A stretch of DNA of 63,460 nucleotides, filler included, from Folioceros fuciformis (taxonomy: Eukaryota): NCBI GenBank assembly GCA_049999805.1. It is 9 parts of 9 records of this genome, joined end to end, with 100 filler letters (N's around TTAATTAATTAA, not from the genome) between each part and the next. Parts side by side here need not be neighbours in the genome. Positions count along the whole stretch, not along the records: positions 11,582 to 21,187 come from JBNGIO010003444.1; positions 21,288 to 35,018 come from JBNGIO010003445.1; 7 more parts are not named here. One strand, written 5' to 3'. The notes below the pieces were generated by a model. That model was given only the letters and a program-made list of their open reading frames with translations. It did not search any database and was not told the origin of the DNA. This document shows, in pieces, positions 12,776 through 25,865 of the stretch (position 1 is its first letter; each line of letters starts with the position of its first letter). The translations under genes were made by a program, and so were the position numbers.

Positions 12776-13889
12776 CCATATGTGTCAGGTTTGTACCTGT
12801 GTTTGTACCACCAGCATGACCTATATAGGTGGCACATATGTGGATGTACCGTATATGTCAGCGCAGGCACAACCCTATTTTTTAGGGAGAGGCTACGTGG
12901 ACCAATAGTGGTTCACCACAGTAATTTTTGGTGTCCAAGTGTATTTCGTTGATTCAACCCATGTGAGAGCATCTTGGTGCGGCCTAGAAGCTGGTTGGCC
13001 AAGCTAGGGCGCTCAATTGGCAAGCTGGGGAACCTGATTGCAAGCGATCTAAATGGCACACATTCGTGCCGATGGTAGCTTTCTGGAATCAGCATCTCTC
13101 CATGACCTCTTTGGTCATTCGCACTCAACTAACCCCACCGGCCATGGGTTTATTCCAATATTGGCATGGGAATTTCAGCAGCCCCCTTGTTAGGGATTGC
13201 ATGCCCCAAACATTTATTGTCTGAGCTTTCTGACCTTACAGGCTTTGGGGCAAGTGCCATTCATGCCTACCATGGGCCACCGTGGAGGAGAATCATCTAA
13301 GTATGCTTATGTGGAGGAAAATATTGTGTCCAAGGACACCACGAGGTCCACACAAACCCTTTATGTCGTTGTAGCCAAGGGATTCGATCCCAAGGGAATG
13401 ATTTGTGCCAAGTAACACAAGTTTCTTCTAATACTGACTCTTATCTAGGTCAAGCCTTTCCTACCACCAGTTCTACTACCTGCTAGTCCAACTACTACTA
13501 CCCCTCAGTTAGCCTAGCTACCGTAGGTCCTACTCTACGACTTTAGTCCCTACTCTAACACCGAGGTTGGGGTCTCCACGACCACTATCCCCTCTACGAC
13601 CGATTGGGGATTTCACAACTGGTGGCGGATTCCGCTATCGTGGTGGGTCCCACCCAAAGTCCTAACTAACACATGTTGACACATATACCATCGCGGGTTT
13701 CTCAGATCCCCTAGAGCCGCGGGTCGGGGTTATTAAACACCCCTCACAACCACATACACACACTTAAACAACCTGATTCCACAGGATGACCACACCTCAC
13801 GCTTCACAACCACACCGTGATCCAGCACACGCCAAACTCTAATGCACAGTAGCAACGGCTCATGAACGCGAACACCGAAGCCACCACCT

Positions 13890-16800
13890 TCTTGAGGAAG
13901 CTGGGCGCGAAGCGCAAAAAAGACAAAGCTCGGATTGAAGACTTTTTGCGGGAGGATTTGGGGTACATTCGAAGAATGGGGAAGAGCGTGCGCTGACTGG
14001 GGAAGAGGAAAGCCGACTCTGGGAAATTCAATGCAACATGGCAAAGCTTGAAGAGGACAGAGCTAGGGGATGGTACAAACGTGCTAAGGTGAAATGGGTG
14101 CAAGAAGGAGACTGCCCCTCTAAGTTTTTCTTCGACAAGGTGGTAGCAAATCGACATAAGTCAAGAACACCTGCTCTTCCTGATCACAGGGTAACAGGCA
14201 AGACACCCTCAGTGGTTTGAAAAAACTGATCACATGCTTTTACGTAGGAATTTTTGCAAGTCTTGGAAAACTGGCAGGTTGGGAGGATCTTTGGAACTCA
14301 GCATATGGGCAGTTACCTGCTAAAGTGTCGGAGGAGCAACGTAGTGTTCTTGACCAACCTATTACTGCTGCGGAGGTGGCTCAAGCGCTGAAGGAGATGC
14401 CGAGGAACGAATCTCCAGGGCATGACGGAATCCCCCCTGAATTTTTGGCTTGGGGATGAAAGTTTATGAGTCGACTCTTTATGGAGGCAGCCAACACGAT
14501 CTGGGAGGAAGGTAGTATGGGCCCGTGGTTTAACCTGAGCCTCATCTCCCTTCTACTTAAACAGGATGCTAGTCTCTCAATTGCTAATTGGCGTCCATCA
14601 CTTTGCTTACAACAACTAATGAAGTGATTGCCAAGGTCTTAGCAAACAGGCTCAATCCATTTCTGGACGAGTGGTTGGAGGTGGAGAAACAGGACTTCAT
14701 CTAGAACAGGTGTATTCTTGACAACTTGTTGCTGTTGCGTGAGGCTAAGTACAATGCTCTAGTCCAGCATAGTCCAGCAGTGTTCATTTCCTTAGATTTC
14801 TATAAGGCTTATGACTTTGTTGAATGGCACTTCCTATGAAGGTGTCTGCGAAGCTTTGGGTTTGGCAACAACTTCTGCAGGTGGATTGTAATTTTGTGTG
14901 AGGATGCAGGCGCTATGGTCTCTGTCAACGGCTCCTTTACCGAAAGGTTTGGTATTACGCGTTCGGTGCAGCAAGGATGCCCATTGGCCCCATTCTTATT
15001 CATCATTGTCACTGACTTTCTCTTGCGAGCAGTCAAGCAGGATTCAAGGATTGAAGGCATTCAGAATCCCGATGGCTCGCAGTTGCGTATCTCAGCTTTT
15101 GCTGACGACACTATGCTCTTCTCATCGGCAGATACGAACTCCTTAACAGCCCTACTCTCTCAGTGCAGATTTTTGGACAGTTATCAAGATGCATTGTGAA
15201 TTGGAGTAAGACCAGGATGATGTGCATTACCTTGCAGGGGGAACCGCCCGCATGTATCAGGCACATAGAGCGGGTCAAACCCGGCTCATCACACAAATAC
15301 CTGGGCCTGCCGTTCAAGGAAGCGGATGAGAATGCGGAGATTGGTAAATTTGTTTGTCTTCGGTTCATCCGGAAGGCAACCAGCTTACGACTTTTGGAAC
15401 TTAGTCTGGCAGGTAGAATTGTTGTCATTAATCATATTCTGACAGCGTCCCTGTGGTATTATTTGTTCTTGTGGGCTCCTAACAAGGCAAATCTGAGACG
15501 ATTGCAACAGATAATTTCCAACTTCCTATGGAGCAAGTCTAAGGAGCTGCTCTCTTCTTCCCATAAGGTGGTGTGGCATCATATTATTTAGTGCAAGCGC
15601 TTGGGGGGTCTAGGGTTGGTTGACCCCACGAGAAAAGTGAAGATCCTACATGCGCAATGGGTGCTAAAGGCAGCTGGACCAACGAGATACCCTTGGAAAA
15701 GTTGGTTAACCCAACACTTGCAGCTTTCCCAAGCAGTCGCTCGGGGGCGGAGGTCTATGGACAACCTCCTGGAGGATAGGCCCCTGTTGGATACCAGGAA
15801 TTGCTTCCCTCTTTTTGATTTAATCTAGCTCAGTTTCCTGGAGGTGAAAACCTTTCTTATCTATGCCAAGCCCAGGAATAGGGACGATGTGCTGGGGCTC
15901 CCTCTCCAAGGTTTAAAGGGGCTATGGTCTCAGAACTTCCTTCCCTGAGTGAACTGGTCTCAAATCTTTGGTTCCGCCAGCAGAAGCGGCATTGTGCAGC
16001 TCGGACACCTGTGGAACCATAGAGAGGCTGGTTGGAAATCAGCGGAGGAGACGCGGGAAGAGTTTGGGATCCCTATTCGACACGTGAGACTTATGCTTGC
16101 TTGGCTCCAGGAAGGGATGGCCGAGGATGTGAAGCTAGCACTGCTATAGGAAGCTCAGGTTGGCATCAATATGTGGGGAGCTTACCCCATGGACAATAGA
16201 GCAGGTGGCTCCGACCAGGAGCCAAAGCAGTGCTAGTGACATCAAGGACAGATGAGGAAGGAACCCTACCTTATAAGATGATGAACACTGAAGGGCTGCT
16301 GGAGGAAAAAGGTAGAGCTGAAGGCGCGATGGGTGGAGCCACCCTCAGAGGGATTACCATACTGTTCAGGGCTAGACGAGCCAGTTTTTGGCTTACCCAA
16401 GAAGAGCAAGGCAACAGGAAACAGGTCATGCAACATCGTCCTGTAAGATGCTGGTTTCTCTTGAAGGAGAATTGGGAGTTAGTGATACGCCCCAGCCTAT
16501 ATATGTGGCCTGGGAGCGCAGGAAGTAAGCAGGCCACTTGGAAGTCACTCTTCAAATTTCCGTCGGCAACCGTGTACCTCCGATTGGTGCGAGCGCAAAA
16601 AGGTCCTCGGCGAAGTCAATTGGCTCCTAAGTTGCAGCTCTCCTAGCGTCGGCAAAAGGAAACGATCAAACTCTTGTGGTCGACCCTAGGGATCCCCCCT
16701 AAAGTGAGGGTTACCATCTGGTGTTTTTTCCAAGCTTGCTTGCCTAACGCAGACCGATGGGACGGGCTATTGGTGGCTACGGGGGAGGAATGCTGCAGGG

Positions 16801-17407
16801 TATGCAACGTTGGCTCTCCGCATAAAAGCCAACATATTTTCTTTCATTGCGAGTATGCCCAGGGTATTTAGAACGAAGTCGGTAGGTGGCTACAAAGACT
16901 TGTCCCGAAGAGAGCCAGCTTGGTTACTGAGCAAGCTGCCTTATTTGGGCTAGACAGACAGGTAGGGAGGCCACTTCTCAAATTCCAATGGTGGGGAGTG
17001 GTTTGGTCGCTACCATTGTTTTCCTTGTGGCAAAAATGGACAGCAATGGTATATGGTGGGAGTGAGCCGGCCGCTAGGAAAGCTTTGCTATGGCGAATCT
17101 GGGAGCAGGTACTTGTGGTCGCGGAAAGTATTCAAACGTCCACTCACTATAAGTTCAGGCGGAGAGAGTGGATACTTGCAGGCTTCCTCTAGCACAATGA
17201 TCAATGGGAGTACTCTTGCCCATGGGGCAGATAAGTCTCATCAGGCCTGGGTGGCTCTTGATCATAGGGCAGTCCAGTTGTGCTCGCTTCTGCAACTTAG
17301 ATTTTGAGTCCAGGCTAAGGTATTTAGTTGCGGACGCAATTGATATGCCGATGGTGTAGCCTAAACTGCGAATAATCATATCTTTTCTTCACGAAAAAAA
17401 AAAAAAA
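13890..17407 (+). mobile_element. 5'-truncated, degenerate non-LTR retrotransposon (L1-clade LINE ORF2) with poly(A) tail
   Basis: KWVQEGDCPSKFFF, SPGHDGIPPEF, RSVQQGCPLAPFLF, FADD, KYLGLP, GGLGL, C-terminal CRVC..HIFFHC. A14 tail at 17394-17407. Many stops. The 5' boundary is approximate and no TSD was identified. Confidence 0.92.
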
Positions 17408-17624
17408 CTCTGACGCACAGTCGCTCCTCGCAAACTTGCTCCAACCCTCAGCAACATCCACAATTTCCCAAGCGGTTTCTCAGCAGTTCGTCATACCGCA
17501 GTTTCTTAATAGCGTTTCCGAGCATGCGAAGTCTCTCCAAGAATTCTTTGGCAACCTTGTCGCAACCTTAACTCTCTTCTCAAACACTCAGTCTCGTAGC
17601 ACACCCATCCGCGGCCAGCAATTC

Positions 17625-18189
17625 GGGGAATAAGGGAAGGAGAGATGCTCCTTCCACTCCACAGTCGGCGGATTCGTCCCCCTCTCTGCAGGCATAGCGT
17701 TACTCACTCCTTCTCGTCTCGACTCACTCGTTCCTTCACTTCTCTCCTTCTTACACGATCATATCTCAACACTCACTCACACCAACACTAGGACCAGGTT
17801 GCAGCCGACAGTCGAGAAATAAGGGAAGGAGGAAATCTCCCTCCACTCCGCGAGTCGGCGGATTCGTTTCCCTCATCTACAACGCACAGCCAGTCTTCAC
17901 TTCGACCCACTCCTCACCACTGTATTTGAAGAGCAATTGAAGAGTCAGGGAATAAGGGAAGCGGGCACCCCTTCTTCCACTTCGCTCGCGGGCGGATTCG
18001 TCCCCCTTACCTCAACCAGAAGCCACAGTCCATCGATTCAGGGAATAAGGGAAAGATTGTTCTCCCTCCTCTCCGCACGGTGCACGGATTCATTCCCCTT
18101 CACTTCTACTGCGACACACAACGCAAATTACCGGGAATAGAGGGGAAGTTTGCCTTCCACTCAATGAGAACCCCCACTAATTCGTCCCC
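17625..18189. repeat. Five dispersed copies of a ~58-nt structured motif
   Basis: Copies at 17625-17681, 17814-17872, 17947-18005, 18040-18098 and 18132-18189. Consensus GGGAATAAG-GGAAG..CTTCC-ACT-CCGC..GCGG-ATTCG-TCCCC. Confidence 0.8.
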
Positions 18190-20201
18190 ACTATTGGCCG
18201 TCGTGGAGCAGAGAAGTCGCGCACACCTCCTCCCAGGAACGCTGCACACACTCACCTGCCCAGATCTCCCTATCCGGCAGCGGTGGTGAGGCGCCAATAC
18301 GCCTCTTGTACACGATGGCGGGTCTGCAGCCGCCATTAACTCTAGTTTGTGGACAGGTGGGCGCTCTTAATTATGAGTGGCATCAGGTCCAAGAAACCAT
18401 CTTCTCTAGATTCTACAGTATTCTATTCTAAGATGCAATTACTATGGCCTATCTTATTGCCGCGCTCGCCTCCCGTCTAGTCGTCGCGCTCCTCTCGCCC
18501 ACCAACCTCGAGCCCTCCTCCCTCGCCTTTGGTCAGACAAATCCTCCCACAAGATTTCTACCTCACCACTGCTGGTTGACCTTTCCAGTGGCGGCATAGG
18601 TGGGGCCCATCGAGGGGTGCTCCTTCCTCCCTCCAGTCACCTATTGCTGAGGACCATCACGGGCTCTCGCTCAACCAATGCCCGTGCCTCTTCCTCTGTT
18701 AATTCTTCCAGGACTGCCTCCAAATAGTAAGGGGGCAATCCCCACACTCGACAACGGTGGAAGTAGGATCCCCTGCCAGTCCTCAGTTGCAGGCAATAGG
18801 CCCTTGTCCCTCCTAGTTCCACAAGCACATGGACAGTTGAGTTTAGCATACGGTCCCTATCCACATAAAGGCTAGGAACTGGCCTCATCCGGATACTGCA
18901 ATACAGTCTGGCCTTCTGCTGCAGATGAGGTGTTTACCCCCTCCTCCCGTGGGCAATCCCAAACTGCCTGTCTTCTACTCTCTAGTGGCACTGGGAGATC
19001 CTCCATCTCCCTAGCTACTGCTCCGCCCTGCCTTGTCCTCCAGGTTAGGAAGGCCATATGATAAAATGTGAGAATTATTTTTGTGGATTGCTCAACACTT
19101 CAGTAATGTATACAGTGTATTGTACCACTGTAGCTACACCGACTCCATACATATCAGCGGTAATATGTCGCTACAAACCACGAGCAAGGCGCTGAAGCAC
19201 CTTTGCCACTGCATGATCTAGTTGTAAAGGGTCCTGTAAAGAAGACAAAAGAATGTGAGGTTGTAGTAAACTAACCAATGAAATGAAATTGGGATAAGAC
19301 ATTGTCTAAGCAAATTGCCATTGAGCATCATGAACTCTCGCCCCGTCTCTATGCCAAGCTGTCATGTGCACATCCCTCCATAATGTTGATATTTCCACCG
19401 GGCTCTATGTTGGAGCCGCGTATTCTCCTCTTCAATTGTTATAGTCATCATAGATATAAAAATAACAATAATAAAATAATTCAAAAATAAGGGATCATTG
19501 GAAAAAAAGAATGTTCAAATAGGAAAGAAGATGACATCATTCTAGATAATTGTAAATGAGAAGGAGGAGTGTATCTCATAGATAAACTATCCATAACTAT
19601 ATGGATAAAAATCCTATACTATTGCATACCAAAATACAAAGAGGGAAAAGAACAGTTGCACACCAAAATGCAAAGAGGGAAGGAAAGGCTGCAGACCAAA
19701 GTGGAAAGAGGGAAGGGAAACTCTACTGACCTAAAATGTGTGTGAGAAGGTGGCTTACATAAGTCCCAACCATATTATAAAAAGGTATTTAACGTTAAAT
19801 CCATATTACCAATATCGGGATTGGACAAGAAGCCCGTGCCGTGTTTGGTGCCGGACCATTAAATGTAGGCCTGCGCAATTTAAACTGCTAGACACTGCTC
19901 CGTGAAAGCCTAACAGCAATCCATCACCGCACTATAGTAATTTTTCTTTGTTTAGCCTTCATTACGGTAACTATGTCCGCGCTATTCAATTTGTCGCCTA
20001 CGCCTACGTTGTGAAAGGCATTTGGACCCGAATGCCAAGTCAACAAGTGCCCTCATGACTTTGTTAAGTGGACTTGCTCATATGAGCCTTTTTCATGTCG
20101 ACATGCACGTGTCCTTGTATGTATATATGTATGTCCTGTACTGTACTGTAGTAAATGTACTCTCCTTTTCTCTTCTTGGCTGCGTCGACAATGTTCCATC
20201 C

Positions 20202-20469
20202 ATCCATGTATCTCATTTGATCATAACTCATTCGTAATTGTTTTGTATTGAAGCCTTGTCTACTTTGCGGAAATGTGAAGAGGAGCTCCTACAAGGCAAG
20301 TAGAGTAAGTACAATTCAAATGTTCTTTGGCCACAATAATTGACGACGCCCCGTACTAGCTAACTCTATGACACATGCCTCGATAGGTACAGGTATCAAT
20401 CTTATCGTGATCATTATCTTCTTTAGGTTCTACTATCGCACAAATCCTTTGGATGTCCTACAATAAGAT
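20202..20469 (-). repeat. Right arm of the long inverted repeat (single copy of the 29-bp unit)
   Basis: Reverse complement of 11850-12302 minus the minisatellite expansion. Confidence 0.85.
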
Positions 20470-21094
20470 AGCCTTCATAATGGTTACTGTAACCGCACTG
20501 TTAATTTTGTCACCTACATTGTGAAAGGCGTTTGAGATAGTACTCCGTCAAGATGGAACTAATTCTTTGGATACAAATACTAATGTTGTCGACCCTTTTG
20601 TAGTTGATGAGCTGTGTCATTAATAGTTTGTTGGGTGTATTGTTGAAAAAGTTTGGAACTAACTCTTTGGATACAAATATTAATGTTGTCGACCCTTTTG
20701 TAGTTGATGAGGTGTGTCAAGCTAAGTTACTAGCATTTGTGCCCATCTTACAGTCTTCTTGTGTTGAATTGAGTATGTTAGCACCTTACAAAATATACCC
20801 AACAAGTCAGGGGTGGGTAGTACTAACCCCATCTATTTTATGTCTTTGCGAATTATGTCTAGTCATACCTTGCAGTACTATGTCAGAGGGGATTTTCTAA
20901 ACAAAACTTTGTGATGAAAAATAGGAGAACTAATATTAATATTTTGATCCTTGATGCATCGACGAGTATATCCATGTTTTGCTTGTAAAGAAGATATAAT
21001 AGACCCACCCTAAATGTTATTTGTTTGGAGTAGGGCATTGGGTATGAGGGGAAAAGCCATTAAGGAAAGGACAACGAATGCCCACTACTATATA

Positions 21095-21187
21095 TGTATC
21101 AATACATATTAAATACGTATACAAACTATATAAAATACATAAGATAGAGGGGGTGTATGTATACAGACCATATACGGTCCCTAAAAC
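21095..21187 (-). mobile_element. Probable DNA-transposon/MITE end; a homologous copy in opposite orientation lies at 35131-35240
   Basis: Reverse complement GTTTTAGGGACCGTATATGGTCTGTATAC... matches TTTTAGAGACCGTATACGGTCCGTATAC... at 35137; repeated TACGTAT subterminal motifs. Confidence 0.55.
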
Positions 21188-21590
21188 NNNNNNNNNNNNN
21201 NNNNNNNNNNNNNNNNNNNNNNNNNNNNNNNTTAATTAATTAANNNNNNNNNNNNNNNNNNNNNNNNNNNNNNNNNNNNNNNNNNNNCCCCGCCTGCACA
21301 TTCGGCCTGCTCCTCATATTTCACTCCGCTTTCTGCCTACGGTCTCCCCGTGCGCGGATCGCTTCGTGGATGGAGGACTGGAGCGCTCTGGAAACGGCTG
21401 CTTGAGGGTTGCGGAGAGTGCGGGGTCTGGGAGAGTGTGTGGAAGTGGAGAAGCGCTGGCGAGGGAGGTGGTGGTTTGAACGTTTGAGCTCGGGGTTGGA
21501 TCTTTTTCTTGGAGCTGGCCTGGCGGGAAGTAAGGTCCGGGGAAGGGAGTTTTGCACTCACGTGCTCGAGTATGAAGCTCCCTCTTCAAC

Positions 21591-24500
21591 ATGGGGGAGG
21601 TTCACCGGCCGATGTTGCCGAGGCTGTATTTGCTTTCCTCCCTGCAGATAGGGTAGGTTTTCTGAGCGTAGGCTGTGGTTTCTTGTGCGATACTGGTGTG
21701 TGTGGAGTCTGGAAACCTGACTGACTTGAGGCTTGCTGGGGCAGAGATATGCAATCTTATGTTTCCAGGTTGTACCTGTATTTGCCAGAAAAGAGCCTTC
21801 AGCTTGTTTTTATCGTTGATAATGGTCCGTGGACTACGAAGCGGCGGAGGTCCATGCCTGCGGAACTCTGGCAGGCTATGGTCACCAAGGTGTGTGATGC
21901 TTGTTTGTTTCTATGCCGTTTCTGCCTCTTGTTTTGTGTCGAGGTGCTGAGATGTGCGTGCGCGCATGTGATTTTTGGCAGTCGAGGATTTCGCCGTTTG
22001 CGAACAGAAGGCTTAAGCTTGCGGAAGAGCATCGTTTGGTCAACAGCCCCAGAGCCCCGGAGCCGGAGAGTCCTATCGTGCCAAGTCCTGATGGAGCAGC
22101 AGGAGATTCTGGCTGGATCTCTTTGTTGCATGCCCTGCATCTGCGGTGTAAAGATGTTATCAACGTGAAGAAACCCTCTCAACTGTATGGCTGCGTGTCG
22201 TTCGAAGTAGCTTGGGCCGACGTCCGAGGGATCAACTACTTGAACGAGCTGCAGGTGCTGCCCTTCTTCTGCGCTGACGTTGCTTTGACATGGCTTGCGT
22301 CTTGTGTGGCCGTTTTTAATTGATGTTTCTTATCAGCAGACGAATACTTCTGTGTCGTTGGAAGTGCGGTACATGCGAAAGAGGGAGTTCGATAGTTTGA
22401 AGCAGGCAGAGGCTTGGTATGCGTCTCCATTGGCTTGCACTCAACGAGATCCGGTCGGGCAAAGAGGGGCGAGTGTTCTACACGTTGGCAGTCTCCCGGT
22501 AGGTGTTCAAGACTATGCAGGGAAGGAGTTTTGGTGCCAAGGGTTGTTCTCGGAGAACCCGGCATCGTCTTCCAACTCTTATGTTCTACTTACGAGTGCT
22601 TCGTCTGAAGGGGGTTTAGGTCAGGCCTCTGCGTCTGAGGCCCCTTTGGGTGATGCAACCCCTGCACCATCAGCAGTTTCTGCTGAAGGTGCTCAGCATG
22701 GTTCTTCTGCGTTGTCTGCTGGTGGATCCTGGGATTGGCTTCGTAGATTGGAATTGGAGACGAATGAAAGGGCAGGTCATACTGAGTTTGTCACTCCTCC
22801 ATCTTCGCCCAGCAGTGTTGACATGCTTCCTGATAATTCGGGAAGTAGCTTTTCCTCTGAAACCTCAGACAGTGGGCTTACTCGGAGGAAGAGAAAGACT
22901 GATTATGTTGGTGAGCGGTCAGCAAAGAGCAGGGATCGTATTGTGCCTGGTCAGCATCTGGGCCGATCTTCGTCAATGCCTGACAGCATGAAGCCTGATT
23001 TGTTCAGAGACTGTGAGATGTCATCAGGGCTGGCTTGCCGGGCTCCAGGAGTTGAAAGATACTGTCCAAGGCGAGATATTCTTGGGGACAAGGTGTTCTC
23101 CAAACAATTCATGTGTGGCACCGCAGAGAGCAGGGAGCAGTATCTTTACACCCATCTCGCCAGGTTCATATACCCAGCTGGTTCTTACAGGGATACTTTT
23201 GTCTCTTTTCGTTTTGCTGATCCCTTGCTACCCTTTGAGTTAGAGCAAATTATCACAGCGGACCAGCGCCTGTTGAAGATGCTCGAGTCAGGATTGCCTT
23301 CATGGGTTATTTTTCTCCAGTCTTATCCCATTGTTTGCCATTTCTATCGACCTTGGATGAGACCACTAGCCTCAACAGTGTATTTTATAGTGTCGATTGT
23401 AACAGTACTTATTGGGTTTTACGACTTGTACAAGAATGTTCCTGTTCTGAAAGCTACTGCAGCACATATTTTTGGGCCTCTTGCCGAGTGGATAGATTCG
23501 TGGGAGATGGTATCGAGATTGAAATATCTGGGCACCATGTTGTTTCTTCAGAACTTTGAGAAGGCATTGTCCTGGATTCTTCTGAGCTTCAAAGCTGTCC
23601 GACAGCTGTCATCCCTTGCATTGCGACCTGTGGCCGAACCTCTTATGGTCATTGCAGAGTTTTTCCTGCCTATGTGGACGGCTATTATGGACGTTTTCAT
23701 TGCGACGGGAATGTTGATCTGGACTTTTCTGTCTACGATGCACATGCTGTTCAGCAACTTGTTTGTCACACTCATGTGGCCCATTTTTGTGTTTCTCCAC
23801 ACCATATGGAATTTAGGTGCGTAAATAAGATCTCCGCTCTGTTGTTCTGATGTTAGGTCTCCATCTCTGTTGTTCATGTTTGGTTAGGTTGATGACTACT
23901 TTGCAGACGGTCCTGGAGTTTTAGTGCCTCCCCTTTGTTCGTTATGTGACTGGTTACTGCACTGGTTGTTGTTGGCAGGTGTTACGCTTGTATATCCCAT
24001 TTTTTCAGCGGTTTGGGGTCTATTGACCTTTCCAATTCAGTTGATTAAGAGTATTGTGAGCTTGATTGCTTTACTCTCCACTGGGCTGGTTGAGATGGTT
24101 CTCAATGCTTGGATGGCCGTGAGCTCCACCGTGAAGCTTTTGGTTGCAAACAGTGCACCTGCTGTAACGTCGATCAGGGCTGCCAAGTCGATATCACCTG
24201 TACCATCATTATGGCGCACTCTTTGGAATGATATTTTTTCCAAGGTACGAGGTGTCTGGCTGCCATGAAATGTCAGCTCTTGTTGGGTTAGATCCTTGGG
24301 CTTCCTCGCCGGGGCTTCACTCGGAATCTAGACTCATTTAAGGAAGGAAATTGGTTTTTGGCTTTTTCCACCGTAGATTGTTTAAGTTTGCTTCTTCTTT
24401 TTTTCTATCAGGTCTTTCGCGCAGTGAAGAGCATAGTCCAAGGATTGGCGGCATTTTCAGCCTCTGTCAACCGACATCGCCTGAGGTATGTGCGCGGATT

Positions 24501-24970
24501 GTGTCAAGTTACCCTACAGCCTTGTGAAGGTAATGAAATCTTTTTTAACTCGGGGCTACCTTGAACAGCATGTACAACAACGTTGTCGCTTTCCTCTTTC
24601 GGATGACGTGTATCATCCAGTCTGGGCGTGGTGTGGCTCAGTCCGCATGTCGGCAAATTTTCTATCATGTTGTCGACACACAAGTCCCTGCTGATAATCT
24701 GGTACCTACTCCTGTTTCTCTCTTCGCCAGGATCTTGGAATGATCGTACTGACTCCCCGCATGGATCTGCTGTTTGTGCAGCCCGAAGGAATTACTGGGC
24801 CAGCAGCAGAAGGTGAGTTTGAGCACGGAAATGAGCTGGAACAGGAGCACATCCCTGATCCTTATCAAGCACAGCAGGAGATAGTGGAGCCTGACCATGG
24901 TGACGCACAGTAGCTTGAGGATGAGGCCGAGCAACACAACGTTGCGAAAGCGGCCTACGATGAGGAGTAG
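21591..24970 (+). CDS. Conserved plant protein of unknown function with C-terminal hydrophobic helices (multi-exon; 3' end approximate)
   Basis: Spliced ORF with SSLQIGDMQSY, FIVDNGPW, LWQAMVTKSRISPFAN, FEVAWADVRGINYLNELQ, LESGLPSWVIFLQSYP, GFYDLYKNVP, LWNDIFSKVFRA. GT-AG boundaries are consistent. Confidence 0.8.
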
Positions 24971-25262
24971 AGCGAGAGATCGAGGTGCGGGGTAATTCTG
25001 CTGGCGCGATCATGTACGTTACTTGTAGGGGTGATCCATTGATCCGGCCATTAGGTTATAGCATGGCGTGATGCCTAAAATCATTCTTTTTGTGCTGGGC
25101 GGCGTTGAGGCGGACGTGTGTTGCCACAACAGGCTTGGCCCCTTAACACAGTTTCAGGGTGCTGATGGAAAATCGCCTTCAATCAAAACTCTTTATTCAC
25201 GTCCCAGTACAGGACAGCGTCTTTTATATTTCTCCAGTATGTGATATTCTCTCACATGGAAA

Positions 25263-25865
25263 TTAAACGGAACATCGCTCCTTCGCGAAGCAAATGGTAT
25301 ACTTGTTGCATACTTTGCGAGCGCAGACAGCCCACGGGCCATGCTTGGGCTTCTTCTTCTTGACGTCTGGATTCAAGCAGAAACGGACTCCCTTGTAGCA
25401 GAAGCAACAGTTGCTGCGCCCAATGGAGTAGTCGGGTGAGGGCGCCGGTGCGTATCCAGCCGGATTCTTGGAGGGAGTATACGGCCCCTTCCCGACACAG
25501 CAGACGGTAGTGTTGCACACAGTCTGGCACTGCCCGACCGGGCGCTCCGGGTTGATGCACACCTTCACCTTGTGGTGCTTGTAGCAGCAAGACTTCCCGG
25601 CAGGCGGAGGCATGGCCGGTGCCGGCACTGGAGCCTTGTGCGGAGCCGGCACGGGAGCCTTGTGCGGAGCCGAATGCGGTGCTGAGTCGGGCGCTGGATG
25701 AGGAGCCAGATGAGGTGCCGGATGGGGTGCTGGAACCGGGGCATCTGGATGAGGATGCGGAGCCAGACGCGGCGGCTTCGTCTTTGACGCTGGCTCGGCG
25801 AACCTTGCCAGGAGCGAGAGTAGCAGCGTCACCAGGACCAGGCCTTGGAGTCCCGAGCGTGCCAT
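25263..25865 (-). CDS. Secreted Pro/Ala/His-rich (AGP-like) protein with two Cys-rich modules, 200 aa, intronless
   Basis: Signal peptide MARSGLQGLVLVTLLLSLLARFA; APHP/APHK repeats; two CC..C(I/L)NP..C..VCN..C units. Confidence 0.8.
   Translation of the reverse strand: MARSGLQGLVLVTLLLSLLARFAEPASKTKPPRLAPHPHPDAPVPAPHPAPHLAPHPAPDSAPHSAPHKAPVPAPHKAPVPAPAMPPPAGKSCCYKHHKVKVCINPERPVGQCQTVCNTTVCCVGKGPYTPSKNPAGYAPAPSPDYSIGRSNCCFCYKGVRFCLNPDVKKKKPKHGPWAVCARKVCNKYTICFAKERCSV

Noticed and set aside
12444-12952. ORFs with HI/YV/MY/CI dipeptide runs
   Set aside because: Translations of the (ATATGT)n microsatellite.
13834-13853. AAACTCTAATGCACAGTAGC as the LINE target-site duplication (similar to the sequence after the poly(A))
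   Set aside because: Imperfect match and ~40 bp away from the apparent 5' junction; cannot be supported.
17625-18189. Motif array as hammerhead ribozymes or tRNA-derived SINEs
   Set aside because: No CTGANGA core on either strand and no A-box or cloverleaf. Kept only as an unclassified structured motif.
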